Positions 47,208-57,928 of a DNA stretch of 64,000 nt are shown here, piece by piece (the first letter of the stretch is position 1; every line of letters begins with the position of its first letter). Position numbers and translations under genes: made by a program. The notes under the pieces were generated by a model. That model saw nothing but the letters and a program-made list of their open reading frames with translations. It had not been told where the DNA came from and did no database searches. This stretch comes from a virus (taxonomy: Duplodnaviria > Caudoviricetes), in IMG/VR virus record IMGVR_UViG_3300007083_000004, positions 128,001-192,000 of that record; one strand, given 5' to 3'.

Positions 47208-50114
47208 TTATATAGTTCTAAATATGATATTGATATCTTCTTTTACTATCATGATACCATCTTCTCTTAATTTTAGTATTTTCTTTAATCCACATTTAGA
47301 TGTATCGTCAAATAAGTGCATTACAGCAATATCCTGATTAACGCCAAATAAGGATACCTGCACGTCTACTACATCATCTTTATATATATCTCTTAAGGAT
47401 TCTATAATTTCTGAATTAGATAAAGTTTTGTTTTTTAAGTAATCAGAAATAAATAAAATCGTTCTTTTTCTTAACTGTTCTTTTAAATTGTTATCATTAT
47501 TTACTATACTGGTTATATATAATTCTATATCAAATCTTTGTTCAGATGCTATAACCCTATCTAAACCATCTGATAAAGAAACCTGTATATTTCCTGATAT
47601 TGTTTTAGGATAAAAATAAACATTGGTTTTATCCAATGTTTGAAGTTGTATTTCTTTTAGATCTTTGGTAATCCACGTGGCTAATGTTTCTGCCATCTGG
47701 TATTTATATTCATTAGCAATAGGATCATTACTAAGAATATATACACCGTCGATGAGAAATATATCAACTCTATGTTTTAAATAACGATCTCGTTTTGGTA
47801 TTAAATTACCATTAGTATCATATTTAAAAGATCCCGCTGGATATTGTACTTGCTGGTTACCACTGGAATCTAATATAGGATCATTTTTCTTATGCAGTAT
47901 TTCTGTATAGGGATTACCATTAGAATCGAATAAAACTTCACTTCCAGTTATGGGATCTTTCTTATATACATCTTGGGTGTATCTAAGAATTGTGTCCGTA
48001 GCATATGTTTCATATTGCATGGATGAAGTTATGGTTCTAGATTTAGTCCATAAGTTATCCAAATTTTTACCGAATTCTATTTCAAATTCTTCTTCACAAA
48101 TCGCAGTAAAATTAACACCTGTTAAAAATATTGGTAATTTAAAGGTTATAGGACTTTGAACATATGAACTAGGAAATGTAGTATCTACGCAGTGGATTAA
48201 AGTAAATCTATTACTTAAATCCGAATATGTAGTTATAGGAGTAGTATCAAACATGAAATAATTAGAGAAATCAATTTGATTATCTCTATTCATGTTGAAT
48301 TTGGTTTTAAATTCAAATTCATATATTCTTTCATTATTACCAGTCATACCTACGTAATTACCTAAAGTCCAGGAATATGTAGGCTCTGTTTTAGATCGAA
48401 AACCTAAAACCAACTTAATCTGAGGAGTAGTTAATTGTTTATATAGATCGTTAGTTTTTAAACTAATGGTTAATTTATAACCATCCGATATTTTTTCTAT
48501 CAAATAGTTTTCTGTATTTACTAGTAATAAAGAAGTTTCATTATCTTCAACAAATGTCTGGGATAACACTTTAGGACTTTCCATATAAAAAGCATTTGCT
48601 GTTAGATAATCGTTTTCCAATCTATATACATAATGAAAAGGACTATATCTAAATCGTCTATCAGAAACATATCTAGCAAATACATCAGGTGGCATATTAC
48701 TCATGCTAGTTATTTCACTATCCTTTACTAAACCCAAAATGCCGTTGTCTATTTTATATAAAGCATCGGATTTAATAGTTACGGCATTGCCATTGTCTAT
48801 TACAAACTGACTACTTGCCAGTTCGGTAAAAGTACTGGTTAAATGTTCGATAGAGGCCGAAGCATTGGTCAACAAATTTTCATTTTTAGGCACAGGCATA
48901 TCTCTACTGGCTAGAAATACCCTATCTGTTACCAAATCTATGTTTTTACTTATATCATAACCTTTTCTGTTCAATTTATTCCTTATTTGCGCTGGCGTAA
49001 TTGGTATATTAGGATCGCCTATGGCATCATCAATTACTATCCGTTTTAACTCATTAAAAGATAAGGCCAATGCACCGCCGGTTACCTTTTCTTCTGGTAA
49101 TACTACAACAGTACTGAATTTATTTAACATACTACTATAAGTAGTATCAGCATTTTTTCTGATATCTCTAAATTTATATCCTAAAGAACCTATTGGATAT
49201 GTATCAAATGAAATATTTAAGGGACCTTTTGTAGTATAAATATCCAACCTTATTTCCCCAACGATCATGTCTGTATTTATATAAACCTGAGGAACACTTA
49301 TTTCTAATTCTTTATTTAAGAATTTTACCAATATAGTTGGAGTTAAAACATCGTATACTTCTTCAGAATAAGTTATTTTAGTTTCTATTTGGTTACCGAG
49401 ATTATCAGTACGATACGCTTTTATAGCATAAAACTCATCTTTATAAGAAACCTTATGTTTGAAAATATTACCTTTAGTCACTACTGGTAATTTGCTATCG
49501 ATTTCAAATTGATATACAGGTATTTCTATAGCTAAGTATATAATATCGTCTCTTTTTAAAAACTTGTGTTTTAGTATATTGGTTGATAATATATCTAAAT
49601 GATTTTTGATGGTGGTATCATAAGCTATTCTTATACCACCATGTTCTTGTTCTATTATATCAATGGGGTAATGAATACCAAATATATGATCTCCAGCAGT
49701 GAAATATGTATCACGAGGAATGGTTATTTTTTTAGAAGCAGTTCCTGGTACAGGAACCAGGTTACTTAATAATTCTACTTTATTAAATAACAAAGTAAAA
49801 GTAGTACTAGAAGGAATGGCAAAAACATCTCTGAAATGAATATCTGCCATGTGGTTATATAGATCAGTGGGATCGGTAGCAAAAACCTGTAGAGCTTTTT
49901 TGGTTTCGGCTTTTAAAGTTTCTATAAATGATGCTACTAATGTAGCCTGATTCTCTATTGCGTAAATAACGGGATTGGCTGCGCTGATAGTATCTATTTT
50001 TCCTTCCAATACATCTGTTAAAGTTCTTAAGGATGCTCTATACTGGGAACTAGGATTATATCCAGCATTTATAGAATCCTGCATTAATTTTCTTATGTTA
50101 GCACTCATCATCAA
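47208..50114 (-). CDS. Large virion structural protein, putative baseplate wedge (phiKZ gp87-like)
   Basis: 968 aa; NP..E, 'LYNHM', 'YTTKG', 'TGG..LSFNELK..I' (baseplate J/gp6-like) pattern; synteny. Confidence 0.7.
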   Translation of the reverse strand: MMMSANIRKLMQDSINAGYNPSSQYRASLRTLTDVLEGKIDTISAANPVIYAIENQATLVASFIETLKAETKKALQVFATDPTDLYNHMADIHFRDVFAIPSSTTFTLLFNKVELLSNLVPVPGTASKKITIPRDTYFTAGDHIFGIHYPIDIIEQEHGGIRIAYDTTIKNHLDILSTNILKHKFLKRDDIIYLAIEIPVYQFEIDSKLPVVTKGNIFKHKVSYKDEFYAIKAYRTDNLGNQIETKITYSEEVYDVLTPTILVKFLNKELEISVPQVYINTDMIVGEIRLDIYTTKGPLNISFDTYPIGSLGYKFRDIRKNADTTYSSMLNKFSTVVVLPEEKVTGGALALSFNELKRIVIDDAIGDPNIPITPAQIRNKLNRKGYDISKNIDLVTDRVFLASRDMPVPKNENLLTNASASIEHLTSTFTELASSQFVIDNGNAVTIKSDALYKIDNGILGLVKDSEITSMSNMPPDVFARYVSDRRFRYSPFHYVYRLENDYLTANAFYMESPKVLSQTFVEDNETSLLLVNTENYLIEKISDGYKLTISLKTNDLYKQLTTPQIKLVLGFRSKTEPTYSWTLGNYVGMTGNNERIYEFEFKTKFNMNRDNQIDFSNYFMFDTTPITTYSDLSNRFTLIHCVDTTFPSSYVQSPITFKLPIFLTGVNFTAICEEEFEIEFGKNLDNLWTKSRTITSSMQYETYATDTILRYTQDVYKKDPITGSEVLFDSNGNPYTEILHKKNDPILDSSGNQQVQYPAGSFKYDTNGNLIPKRDRYLKHRVDIFLIDGVYILSNDPIANEYKYQMAETLATWITKDLKEIQLQTLDKTNVYFYPKTISGNIQVSLSDGLDRVIASEQRFDIELYITSIVNNDNNLKEQLRKRTILFISDYLKNKTLSNSEIIESLRDIYKDDVVDVQVSLFGVNQDIAVMHLFDDTSKCGLKKILKLREDGIMIVKEDINIIFRTI

Positions 50115-50127
50115 ATCCGTTTAATAA

Positions 50128-51399
50128 TTAAAGCTGTTGTCTATATACACTCAAACCCCGGTTCATTATTTCTCTATCTTCATCCGATAAATACTCCTCA
50201 GCTATCCTTTCTATAATACCATCCGAGTGTTTTGAATCGTTAGGTACAATTTCAGACGTAAACGGTTTTCTATCCAAACCGACCGTATCCAGGAATCCAA
50301 CTAAATCTATTTGATGTTTTTTATATAAATCAGGACTAATCCACCACTCTAATTCCATTGTTTTAGTATTTATTCTAGGATATCCATGCATATTAAAGAA
50401 TAATAGAACGCTATATGGTATTTGAATCATATTACGACGTATTTTATCGTCCTTCATGTTTTCATTAAACAGACATACTGCGTCGTTAAAATCTTTTATT
50501 TGATATGGGTCATTATACTCCATACCCATACACTGAAATCTAATATTTATATTATCATTAGCATCGTTATAAGGCTGACTGTTATCAAAATTACCCAATG
50601 CTCCAACAGGTGAATTTAATGGAAAAGCAGCGCCTGTTGAAATTATGTGTTGAACATATCTTTTCGATGGATCTAATATAAGTCTGTAGATTCTGGTATT
50701 ATAATCTATTTCGTTACTCCATATCGAAGATGGATATGGAATTAACTCTCCTTCAAATACTTTAGCTGCATAAAGTATCCAGAAGTAAAACAATAGTGTG
50801 ATTGGATTATGAGGGATATTTCTGAATGATGCTGATAATTCGTAGACATTTTTAATTTCAACAGCACTATCGATCATGCTATGAGCTTCACGAAAATGTC
50901 CCTCGGGGGTAGTTTTGGTATCAACTACAAAATCGGGCCAACCAGATATTGTTAAACATAAATTACTTAATAATGGAATAAAAATGTTATTTTCATCTAC
51001 AAATGGACATTCATATTTTTCTTGTCTGATTTCAGTTTCTTTATAAGCAGGTTCATCGTGATTTTGTAAATTTGGATCAAGTGTACATCTTATAATTCTT
51101 TGTATAGACCTAGGATTGTCGTTTAATAATGGATACATTTGTCTAACGTGTCTTAGATTACGTGTATTAAGATTTAATCTAGGTTTAGTGAAAAATGTTA
51201 ACCCATAACTATCTCTATTAAAAGGTAAGGATAACGGTACTTGTCTATGATTTATTCCCCATACCGTACTAACTAAATTATCGTTTATATGCCCTAATGG
51301 AGTGGAATTATATATTTCCCTTAATCCGGCTTCTATCTCTTTATTTCCATTGGTACCATCTTTAAATATTTTATCTATCGAAACGTCTAGTCGATTCAT
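50128..51399 (-). CDS. Virion structural protein (phiKZ gp88-like)
   Basis: GINHR, GLTFFTKPRLNL and IDYNTRIYR motifs; synteny. Confidence 0.7.
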   Translation of the reverse strand: MNRLDVSIDKIFKDGTNGNKEIEAGLREIYNSTPLGHINDNLVSTVWGINHRQVPLSLPFNRDSYGLTFFTKPRLNLNTRNLRHVRQMYPLLNDNPRSIQRIIRCTLDPNLQNHDEPAYKETEIRQEKYECPFVDENNIFIPLLSNLCLTISGWPDFVVDTKTTPEGHFREAHSMIDSAVEIKNVYELSASFRNIPHNPITLLFYFWILYAAKVFEGELIPYPSSIWSNEIDYNTRIYRLILDPSKRYVQHIISTGAAFPLNSPVGALGNFDNSQPYNDANDNINIRFQCMGMEYNDPYQIKDFNDAVCLFNENMKDDKIRRNMIQIPYSVLLFFNMHGYPRINTKTMELEWWISPDLYKKHQIDLVGFLDTVGLDRKPFTSEIVPNDSKHSDGIIERIAEEYLSDEDREIMNRGLSVYRQQL

Positions 51400-51460
51400 T
51401 TAAAAAACCTCAATATTTATTGTTTAAACGTTTTAAATTATTTTTAACAGGAAGTATATA

Positions 51461-52699
51461 ATGTCAAATAAAAACCAACAAACGGGAATGCAGGCATTAG
51501 ATGTTGCTTTAAATATATTAGCAACTGTGAATGAAAACGGCAACTATGCATCTTATACCCAGTCGGCTAGAGTAGAACCTAACATGATTTTAGATTCTAC
51601 TTTAGTATTTAATGAAAATACCAGTACAATAATTCAATCCCTACAATCATCGTTTACTGCTTATTACTTATTAGCATGGTCAATGTATAGCGTAGAGATA
51701 AATGGGGTCAGTATTAGTGATCATTTGAGAAAATTAAATCCAAACAATAACGTTACTGTAAAAGATTTATATAATACAGGAAATGCTATTTGGAATTTAG
51801 CTAATTGGAATATTACTAAAGAGAATTACTCATATAAATTACCAAATTACTCTTTAGAAGACTTAAATAATAACATAGATAAATATAAATTCGAAACTAC
51901 CAGGCATGATCAAAAAATTAGAGATGACAGGAAAAACAATTTAGATGAAAGAAATTATAAATTGAAACAATTAGATACAGATATACGTACTAAAACAAAA
52001 GGTACCAGTGCTCCTCAGCAAAACATGAATGACATAATAAAAGAGGTAGCTAATTTATCGGTTGGTAAAATCGTAGAAGTAAAACTTTCTAATGGCGTTA
52101 ATGAAGTAACTGTTCCAATTTTGATCAGACTTCTTGTTAACACTATGAAGCCCGATTTGTTAATAGATTTCTTAAGTAAAGGTTTTGTTGATAATTCCAT
52201 TTCTTCCAGATGGATTAAATACAAGAGTGGTCAAATTAACCTAATCGATCTTCTTACAGCCAAAGATCTGGTGGTTAAACATAAGAAAAATATCATTAAA
52301 GATAAATCTGGTTTGGCTAGAGAACTGGCAAGTCAGCGAAGAGGTAATACCTTAGGAAATATTTTTTCTAGTGTTGGTAGTATCAAAAATTTAAAACCAT
52401 CCGTTGCCAACGCTACTAATTTAATATTAATTAGTCACGATACCGCTAGAAAAATAGAATTAGAAACTGGTTCTAAATTCGATGATTTTAGATTTAGACA
52501 GAATCTTTTTAGTAATACCGGATTATTTATTTTAGCTGTTTATGATACAGAGTACGAAAGAGTAAAATTTTATACCAACAGCATCGCCAAACCATCTGAT
52601 TTGTCTATTAAGGATTGTAAGAATTACAATAAGAAGGAAGGCGATTCGGTACTCGATATGATGAAAGCTTATCAAATGGGCAGCTCCCCAGGTTTTTAA
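51461..52699 (+). CDS. Virion head protein (phiKZ gp89-like)
   Basis: ARVEP and NLSVGK motifs; SLE cleavage motif; synteny. Confidence 0.7.
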   Translation: MSNKNQQTGMQALDVALNILATVNENGNYASYTQSARVEPNMILDSTLVFNENTSTIIQSLQSSFTAYYLLAWSMYSVEINGVSISDHLRKLNPNNNVTVKDLYNTGNAIWNLANWNITKENYSYKLPNYSLEDLNNNIDKYKFETTRHDQKIRDDRKNNLDERNYKLKQLDTDIRTKTKGTSAPQQNMNDIIKEVANLSVGKIVEVKLSNGVNEVTVPILIRLLVNTMKPDLLIDFLSKGFVDNSISSRWIKYKSGQINLIDLLTAKDLVVKHKKNIIKDKSGLARELASQRRGNTLGNIFSSVGSIKNLKPSVANATNLILISHDTARKIELETGSKFDDFRFRQNLFSNTGLFILAVYDTEYERVKFYTNSIAKPSDLSIKDCKNYNKKEGDSVLDMMKAYQMGSSPGF

Positions 52700-52718
52700 T
52701 ATTTAGGATTATTGAATC

Positions 52719-53615
52719 ATGAACCTTTCAAATTACGTAAAAAAATTAAAGCCGGTTACTGAAAAATATGAACTATTATCATCTTTAGATCAAGCTGTAG
52801 GGGAATTAAATAATAAAACCATTCCTATTGTGTCAACCACAGCAGCAGCCCTTAAAACTATAGAATTTAAATCTAAAGAAGCTAAAATTTTAGCAGATAA
52901 GTATAGGTTTGCATTTAAAGTAAATAAGAATGAAAGTATTTTTAGTCATTTATTACAAAGACTAAATGAAGTTAATAAAAACATGCTTTTTATTAAAAGC
53001 AAGATAGATCAAATAACCACTGAGACTATATCTTCTTTACAAATAGATGCTAGAACTGCCACATGCATGCAAATGGTAGAATCGTGTTCTTATATAGCTA
53101 GATATGCTAGAAAGTTTATAGAGTACATTTCTATATTAGAAACCGATGCATCTGGTCTTTATATAGATTACAAGAAAAACAATATTACGTCTGGTGAAAT
53201 AAAATTCATCGAAAATCGTTTAGCATTTTTCTTAAATGCGTTAGAACAGGTTTCCGAGGTAGATTATAAATTCAAAAAGAAATTTGAAGAAATTCCTAAT
53301 GTCGTCTTAGGTAATGACGATAAAGCTGTTTCTACTTTATTTAGCAAGAATAAATTAGATCCATATAGAATGAATTTTATTCCTGTTAAGTTAAATCCAT
53401 TCTTTTTAATTGGTAAGTGGTATGTAGAATATCAAGCCAATAGACATAAAGAAGCTCAAGAAGATTTGATTAGAATCAAGAATAGAATTTATTTATTGGA
53501 ACAAGCCAATAAAGGCCATTCTGATCCTAAGATCGAAAAAGAAATTGAGTTACTAAGCAATAAAGCCGAGAAGTTAACTTATCAAATAAATAAAACAGAA
53601 GAGGAATGTCAATGA
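52719..53615 (+). CDS. Virion head protein (phiKZ gp90-like)
   Basis: DPYRMNFIP...NPF motif with a C-terminal coiled coil; synteny. Confidence 0.65.
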   Translation: MNLSNYVKKLKPVTEKYELLSSLDQAVGELNNKTIPIVSTTAAALKTIEFKSKEAKILADKYRFAFKVNKNESIFSHLLQRLNEVNKNMLFIKSKIDQITTETISSLQIDARTATCMQMVESCSYIARYARKFIEYISILETDASGLYIDYKKNNITSGEIKFIENRLAFFLNALEQVSEVDYKFKKKFEEIPNVVLGNDDKAVSTLFSKNKLDPYRMNFIPVKLNPFFLIGKWYVEYQANRHKEAQEDLIRIKNRIYLLEQANKGHSDPKIEKEIELLSNKAEKLTYQINKTEEECQ

Positions 53616-55099
53616 CTCTGTTTGTATATAAAAATGGATTTGTTGGTGAAATGGTCGATATAACACCCGCTAAGACATCTGGAATCATTGATCTTATATA
53701 TTCTAATGAAACGAATCAAGACTGGATTATAGACATACCTGAAAAAGAATTATATTCGGTTTTTTATAAACTCGTAGGTTCCAGACCTATTGGAGTTTGG
53801 ATACTATCTCATAAAGGCTCTAAGGGTTTTGGTATCAGACAAGATACTATAATGAACATGCTAATAGATAGGGTCGCTAACAAAGAGTGTAAATATGATA
53901 TAAACATGTTCTTTGGCGATTTAGAACTATCTGATGAAAACGAATGGACCGTAGAAAAAAATCCCAATTTTAAAAAGATTCAAAACTTATCACCATCCGA
54001 ATTTTTTTTTAAGTGGGTAAATTCATATCCGGATTCTGAAGGTCTTGATCCTAAACAAGATATATTAAAATATCTGGTTTTGATGTTTGGTAATGACGCT
54101 AAACCCAACAATCCTTTAGTTTCTAACGAAAATTATAATCCAAGAATCAATGATGTTAGTAATGAATCAATTATAGATTCTATTGTAAGACTAAATGAAT
54201 GGTTTCTTAATTTTCAATTAAGATTAGATGCAAAAGTTTTTAATTATTTTTTTAATGTAGAAAAACGAGCTGCTAAATTAGCTGTTAAATTAAATGGATT
54301 AACTGGAGAACCGAAGGATGGTTCCGTATGGAAACCTGGAGCTAATGATAAATTTATTAGCGTAGATGGTAAAATAGCTACATTTAAAGATGTCAAAAAA
54401 ACTACAGATTTTTTTAAGAAAGTTCTGGATTCTCAACATGAATTTATAATAAATCAGGATAAATTACTTGATAATAAAATTAGTTATTTATCGGATTTAG
54501 ATTCCACTGGTTTAGATGATGGTTTAAAAAACATCGTAGATGAATTGGTAAATAATTTTGATAGAGTGGTTAATTGGAAGACCATTGACGACATTTATAC
54601 GAAGAAAAGAATTACCAGTGATCCAAATAAAACGGTTGAAATAACCGATGTATTAGTTGGTGATTATTTTTTCTATAAAGCTGAATCCAAAATAAACGTA
54701 AAAGATACTTATGATTTAATTAAAAAACTAGGTAGCATCGATGTTGGTGTTATAGATAATAAACCAAAAATGATTAATCCTTTATTTAATACTACCAAAG
54801 TCATGTCTTTAGACGAAATGAAAAAATGCACCAAGATTGTATTGGAAGCATGTCATTTGGTAGAGAAATCTAAATTTTATTCAAATAAAGTAAAGAACGC
54901 TAGTTCTAACATCATAAAGAACTTAAAAAAATTGTTAAATCTTTCTAACGATGAATTAACTACCAAGTTAATAAAAGCTTATATAAAGAGATTAAAAGAA
55001 ACTCTTTACGAGCCATATGGAACTTGCGCCAGTAGAATTCATTACACGTATGCCGAATTAATTAACTATATGGAAAAATGTTCTAAGCAATACAAATAA
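53606..55099 (+). CDS. Probable two-part virion protein: about 165-aa N-domain joined to a gp93-family-like domain
   Basis: Linker carries two VSNE motifs; the C-part parallels the mature part of the neighbouring paralogs (FNVEKRAAKL..., EP....YMEKCSKQY). Confidence 0.55.
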   Translation: MSMTLFVYKNGFVGEMVDITPAKTSGIIDLIYSNETNQDWIIDIPEKELYSVFYKLVGSRPIGVWILSHKGSKGFGIRQDTIMNMLIDRVANKECKYDINMFFGDLELSDENEWTVEKNPNFKKIQNLSPSEFFFKWVNSYPDSEGLDPKQDILKYLVLMFGNDAKPNNPLVSNENYNPRINDVSNESIIDSIVRLNEWFLNFQLRLDAKVFNYFFNVEKRAAKLAVKLNGLTGEPKDGSVWKPGANDKFISVDGKIATFKDVKKTTDFFKKVLDSQHEFIINQDKLLDNKISYLSDLDSTGLDDGLKNIVDELVNNFDRVVNWKTIDDIYTKKRITSDPNKTVEITDVLVGDYFFYKAESKINVKDTYDLIKKLGSIDVGVIDNKPKMINPLFNTTKVMSLDEMKKCTKIVLEACHLVEKSKFYSNKVKNASSNIIKNLKKLLNLSNDELTTKLIKAYIKRLKETLYEPYGTCASRIHYTYAELINYMEKCSKQYK

Positions 55100-55186
55100 A
55101 AAAATAATATAATTTGATGGTTAATATAACACATCAAACTGAAAAGGGCCTTTTTAGTTTAAATCTCTTATAATACTCCGGAGTAT

Positions 55187-55243
55187 TTTAACATGTCTTT
55201 TATTCCAGTTAGCGGCATTTTGTATGCCAATGAAAATTTTGAT
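55187..55243 (+). repeat. 57-bp exact inverted repeat, copy 2
   Basis: Same sequence on the plus strand. Confidence 0.9.
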
Positions 55244-56479
55244 GCTGAATCCGAAGTCGTTATGACTGCTGAAGATGCAATCGCTCCCGACGAAAGCGAT
55301 ACTCTCGCTGCTGCCGTATCGGAAATTACTGATAACGAAGCATCGATTAATCAAAGCGAAGCGCAACTTACTTCTGCTGAAGTAGCTGCCGATGGCCTTG
55401 AAGAAATTGCTGAAAAAGTCGAAGAAGCAAATGAAGCCGGTGGCATCGACGAAACCACCGCTGAAATTGTTGAAACGGCAGTTGAATCTATCCTTAAGAC
55501 CGCTCGCATTGGTATTACTACCAAGCAAATGGGTCTGCCTAGCACCGAGGGTTTCCGTGTTAAAAATAATCGTGTTGCCCTAGGTCAATCTACTGTGGAA
55601 AGCATCAAACAAACTGCTTCTAAAATCTGGAAAGCTATCGTTGATGCAGTCAAGAGAAGTATCGCTTGGGTTAAGGAATTTTTCCGCAAACTTTTCTCGG
55701 TTGCAGAAAGAATCATTAAACGCTCCGATGCGTTGACTGAAAAAGTTCGTGGTCTTGGTGCCAAGAAAGCTAAGGAAGCTAAGTTTAAGAATGCCAGTCT
55801 TTATAAGAGTTTGGCTATTGAAAGTAATTTAGCCGATCTTGGTACTATTGAGAAAACCGGCGGTACTTTAAAGGCAGTTATTGAACATCACGACAATGTC
55901 GTTAAAAAGCTGACCGAAGGTATTGAAAAAGAAGATGTTAATGCAGCCGACGCTCTTAATTCTAGCAGCGCTGCATTTAAAGAAGCTCCTGAAAACATTA
56001 AAAAACAAATCGATGCTAGCACCGATGTTGCGGTAGCCTATACTGGCATCATGCCCGGTAACGTTACCGTTTTCATGACTAGTCCGAAAAACGATAGCGT
56101 TGATAGCAACGCCATTCGTGCCGGTAAATTGAATTTATCGGCCAAATTGGAAGGTAAGGAAGAGATTCAAGTCCTGAGTCAAGACGACATCAATAAAGCC
56201 GCTGGCATCGCTAAGGGTTTAGCCGTTACGGTTAACGAATTTAAGAAGAATCTTTCCGAAGCAGAAAAAACCAAACTGAAAGCTATTTCTATTATGGAAA
56301 AAGCTGCTAACGACGATTCGGACGATGATGCCAAGAAGAAGAAATTGGAAAAAGCCAAAGTTCTTCGTCGCCTTATCAACGAACCCAGCGTGAGCGCAGC
56401 TTCTATCGGCCTTTCGGTCGCTAAGGCTACTCTTGAGCTTGGCGAATTGTCGGCACGTCAATATACCGAAGATGCTTAA
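55193..56479 (+). CDS. Virion head/inner-body protein, gp93/gp162-like family (probably high copy)
   Basis: Paralog of 3228..4580; acidic propeptide, PSTEG motif; strong codon bias; GGAG SD. Confidence 0.8.
   Translation: MSFIPVSGILYANENFDAESEVVMTAEDAIAPDESDTLAAAVSEITDNEASINQSEAQLTSAEVAADGLEEIAEKVEEANEAGGIDETTAEIVETAVESILKTARIGITTKQMGLPSTEGFRVKNNRVALGQSTVESIKQTASKIWKAIVDAVKRSIAWVKEFFRKLFSVAERIIKRSDALTEKVRGLGAKKAKEAKFKNASLYKSLAIESNLADLGTIEKTGGTLKAVIEHHDNVVKKLTEGIEKEDVNAADALNSSSAAFKEAPENIKKQIDASTDVAVAYTGIMPGNVTVFMTSPKNDSVDSNAIRAGKLNLSAKLEGKEEIQVLSQDDINKAAGIAKGLAVTVNEFKKNLSEAEKTKLKAISIMEKAANDDSDDDAKKKKLEKAKVLRRLINEPSVSAASIGLSVAKATLELGELSARQYTEDA
55602..55647 (+). repeat. 46-bp exact direct repeat, copy 1 (partner 56887..56932)
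   Basis: GCATCAAACAAACTGCTTCTAAAATCTGGAAAGCTATCGTTGATGC. Confidence 0.9.
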
Positions 56480-56490
56480 ATAAAGTAAAA

Positions 56491-56530
56491 TAATAAACTA
56501 GCATGGGACTTATCCCATGCTAGTTTATTA
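56491..56530 (+). terminator. Terminator-like inverted repeat
   Basis: 18-bp arms, 4-nt loop. Confidence 0.75.
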
Positions 56531-56594
56531 AGATGTTTATTTGATTTTAATTAAAATAATTAACTATGTATTTTATCAATGAAAGAATATTTAT

Positions 56595-57848
56595 ATGAAA
56601 CAATATAACCTTTTTTATGAAAATGAATTTATAAATAGAGACATACAGTCTTTTAATGAGGACTTGAATAAGATCTCAAAATCCATAGATTCTGTTATTT
56701 CAATAGAATCTATTTGTGAGAATACAACTAGTGATTTCTATGATAGTAAAGATAAAATCGATATTATTAATTCTACAGTAGAATCGTTGTTGAAAATTTC
56801 AAACATAGGAATTAATATTAGAAAAATAATTCCGGATGTTCAAAATTACTCATCCATTAACGACTATGGCATCGCAACCATGGAAGGCATCAAACAAACT
56901 GCTTCTAAAATCTGGAAAGCTATCGTTGATGCCTTTAAAAGGGCCATAGAGTGGATATCTGATGTTTTTAACAGAATATTTTCTTTTAATAAGAAATTAT
57001 CTGTTAAAATAGAAAAACAAATTAAAGAGATAGAAGAAATAGAAGTTGAGTATGAAGAAACCGTTATAACTTTTCAAGATGATGATTTGTACAAAAAACT
57101 ATATTGCGATGGATCAATTGCGGAATTAAAAGACATTAAGTATAGTTCCGATATTGTTATTAAATTGTTAAATGGATATATAACCAATATCGATTTAGCA
57201 TCATCTATAATCGATAAAATAAAAACGCCGGAAGAAGCTTATCCAATGGCTAGTAAGTTCATAAACGATATAGCTCCGTCGGATATATTTAAAATAAACA
57301 ACAATATAAAGTATAAATTTACAACTGGTAAAGATGATGTTTTTAGGATAACAGAACCTCTTGTTGGTAATGAGAGATTCTATATATCATCCAAAGGTCT
57401 TTCTAAATCAAATAGTCATAAAGATTTAATAGACTCATATCGGTCTTTGACTATAGGTAAAACTACTACTACTGATAAAATAGAATTAAAAGACATGGAA
57501 GCGATGCAGATAAGAGATCGGGTTTTATATTTGGAAGTAATAAAGAACTTAACAAACACTCTTATTGACTATGAAAGCAAAGTAAAGTCAGTAATTAAAA
57601 AACAAAAAGATATGTTAAAAAAATTAGAAAAAGCTCTATTGGCTAATTCTGATGTAATGCCAATTACTGATAAGTATCATTACAAGAAAAGCGTGGGTGC
57701 CATGATGAAGATGATAACCACTTATACTTTTAGAATACCTTCTTTAGCCACGTCTTACGGAACGAACTTAAGTAAAAACGTAAGTCATTATGTTGAAGAA
57801 TCCGAAAATGCTTATAAAGATGCAATTGTGGCTTTACAAAAAAAATGA
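56595..57848 (+). CDS. Virion head protein, same paralog family
   Basis: ATMEGIKQTASKIWKAIVDA shared with 55193..56479. Confidence 0.75.
   Translation: MKQYNLFYENEFINRDIQSFNEDLNKISKSIDSVISIESICENTTSDFYDSKDKIDIINSTVESLLKISNIGINIRKIIPDVQNYSSINDYGIATMEGIKQTASKIWKAIVDAFKRAIEWISDVFNRIFSFNKKLSVKIEKQIKEIEEIEVEYEETVITFQDDDLYKKLYCDGSIAELKDIKYSSDIVIKLLNGYITNIDLASSIIDKIKTPEEAYPMASKFINDIAPSDIFKINNNIKYKFTTGKDDVFRITEPLVGNERFYISSKGLSKSNSHKDLIDSYRSLTIGKTTTTDKIELKDMEAMQIRDRVLYLEVIKNLTNTLIDYESKVKSVIKKQKDMLKKLEKALLANSDVMPITDKYHYKKSVGAMMKMITTYTFRIPSLATSYGTNLSKNVSHYVEESENAYKDAIVALQKK
56887..56932 (+). repeat. 46-bp exact direct repeat, copy 2
   Basis: Identical to 55602..55647. Confidence 0.9.
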
Positions 57849-57863
57849 TGATAATAAATACTA

Positions 57864-57901
57864 ATATAGACTAGTGGGCTACATAGCCCACTAGTCTATA
57901 T
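57864..57901 (+). terminator. Terminator-like inverted repeat
   Basis: 18-bp arms, 2-nt spacer. Confidence 0.7.
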
Positions 57902-57928
57902 CGTTTGATTGTAAATAGAGAGATAATT

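Noticed and set aside
55154-56461. Antisense ORFs over the 55193 head-protein gene (likewise 3469-3900)
   Set aside because: Codon-bias shadows, fully nested opposite a well-supported gene.
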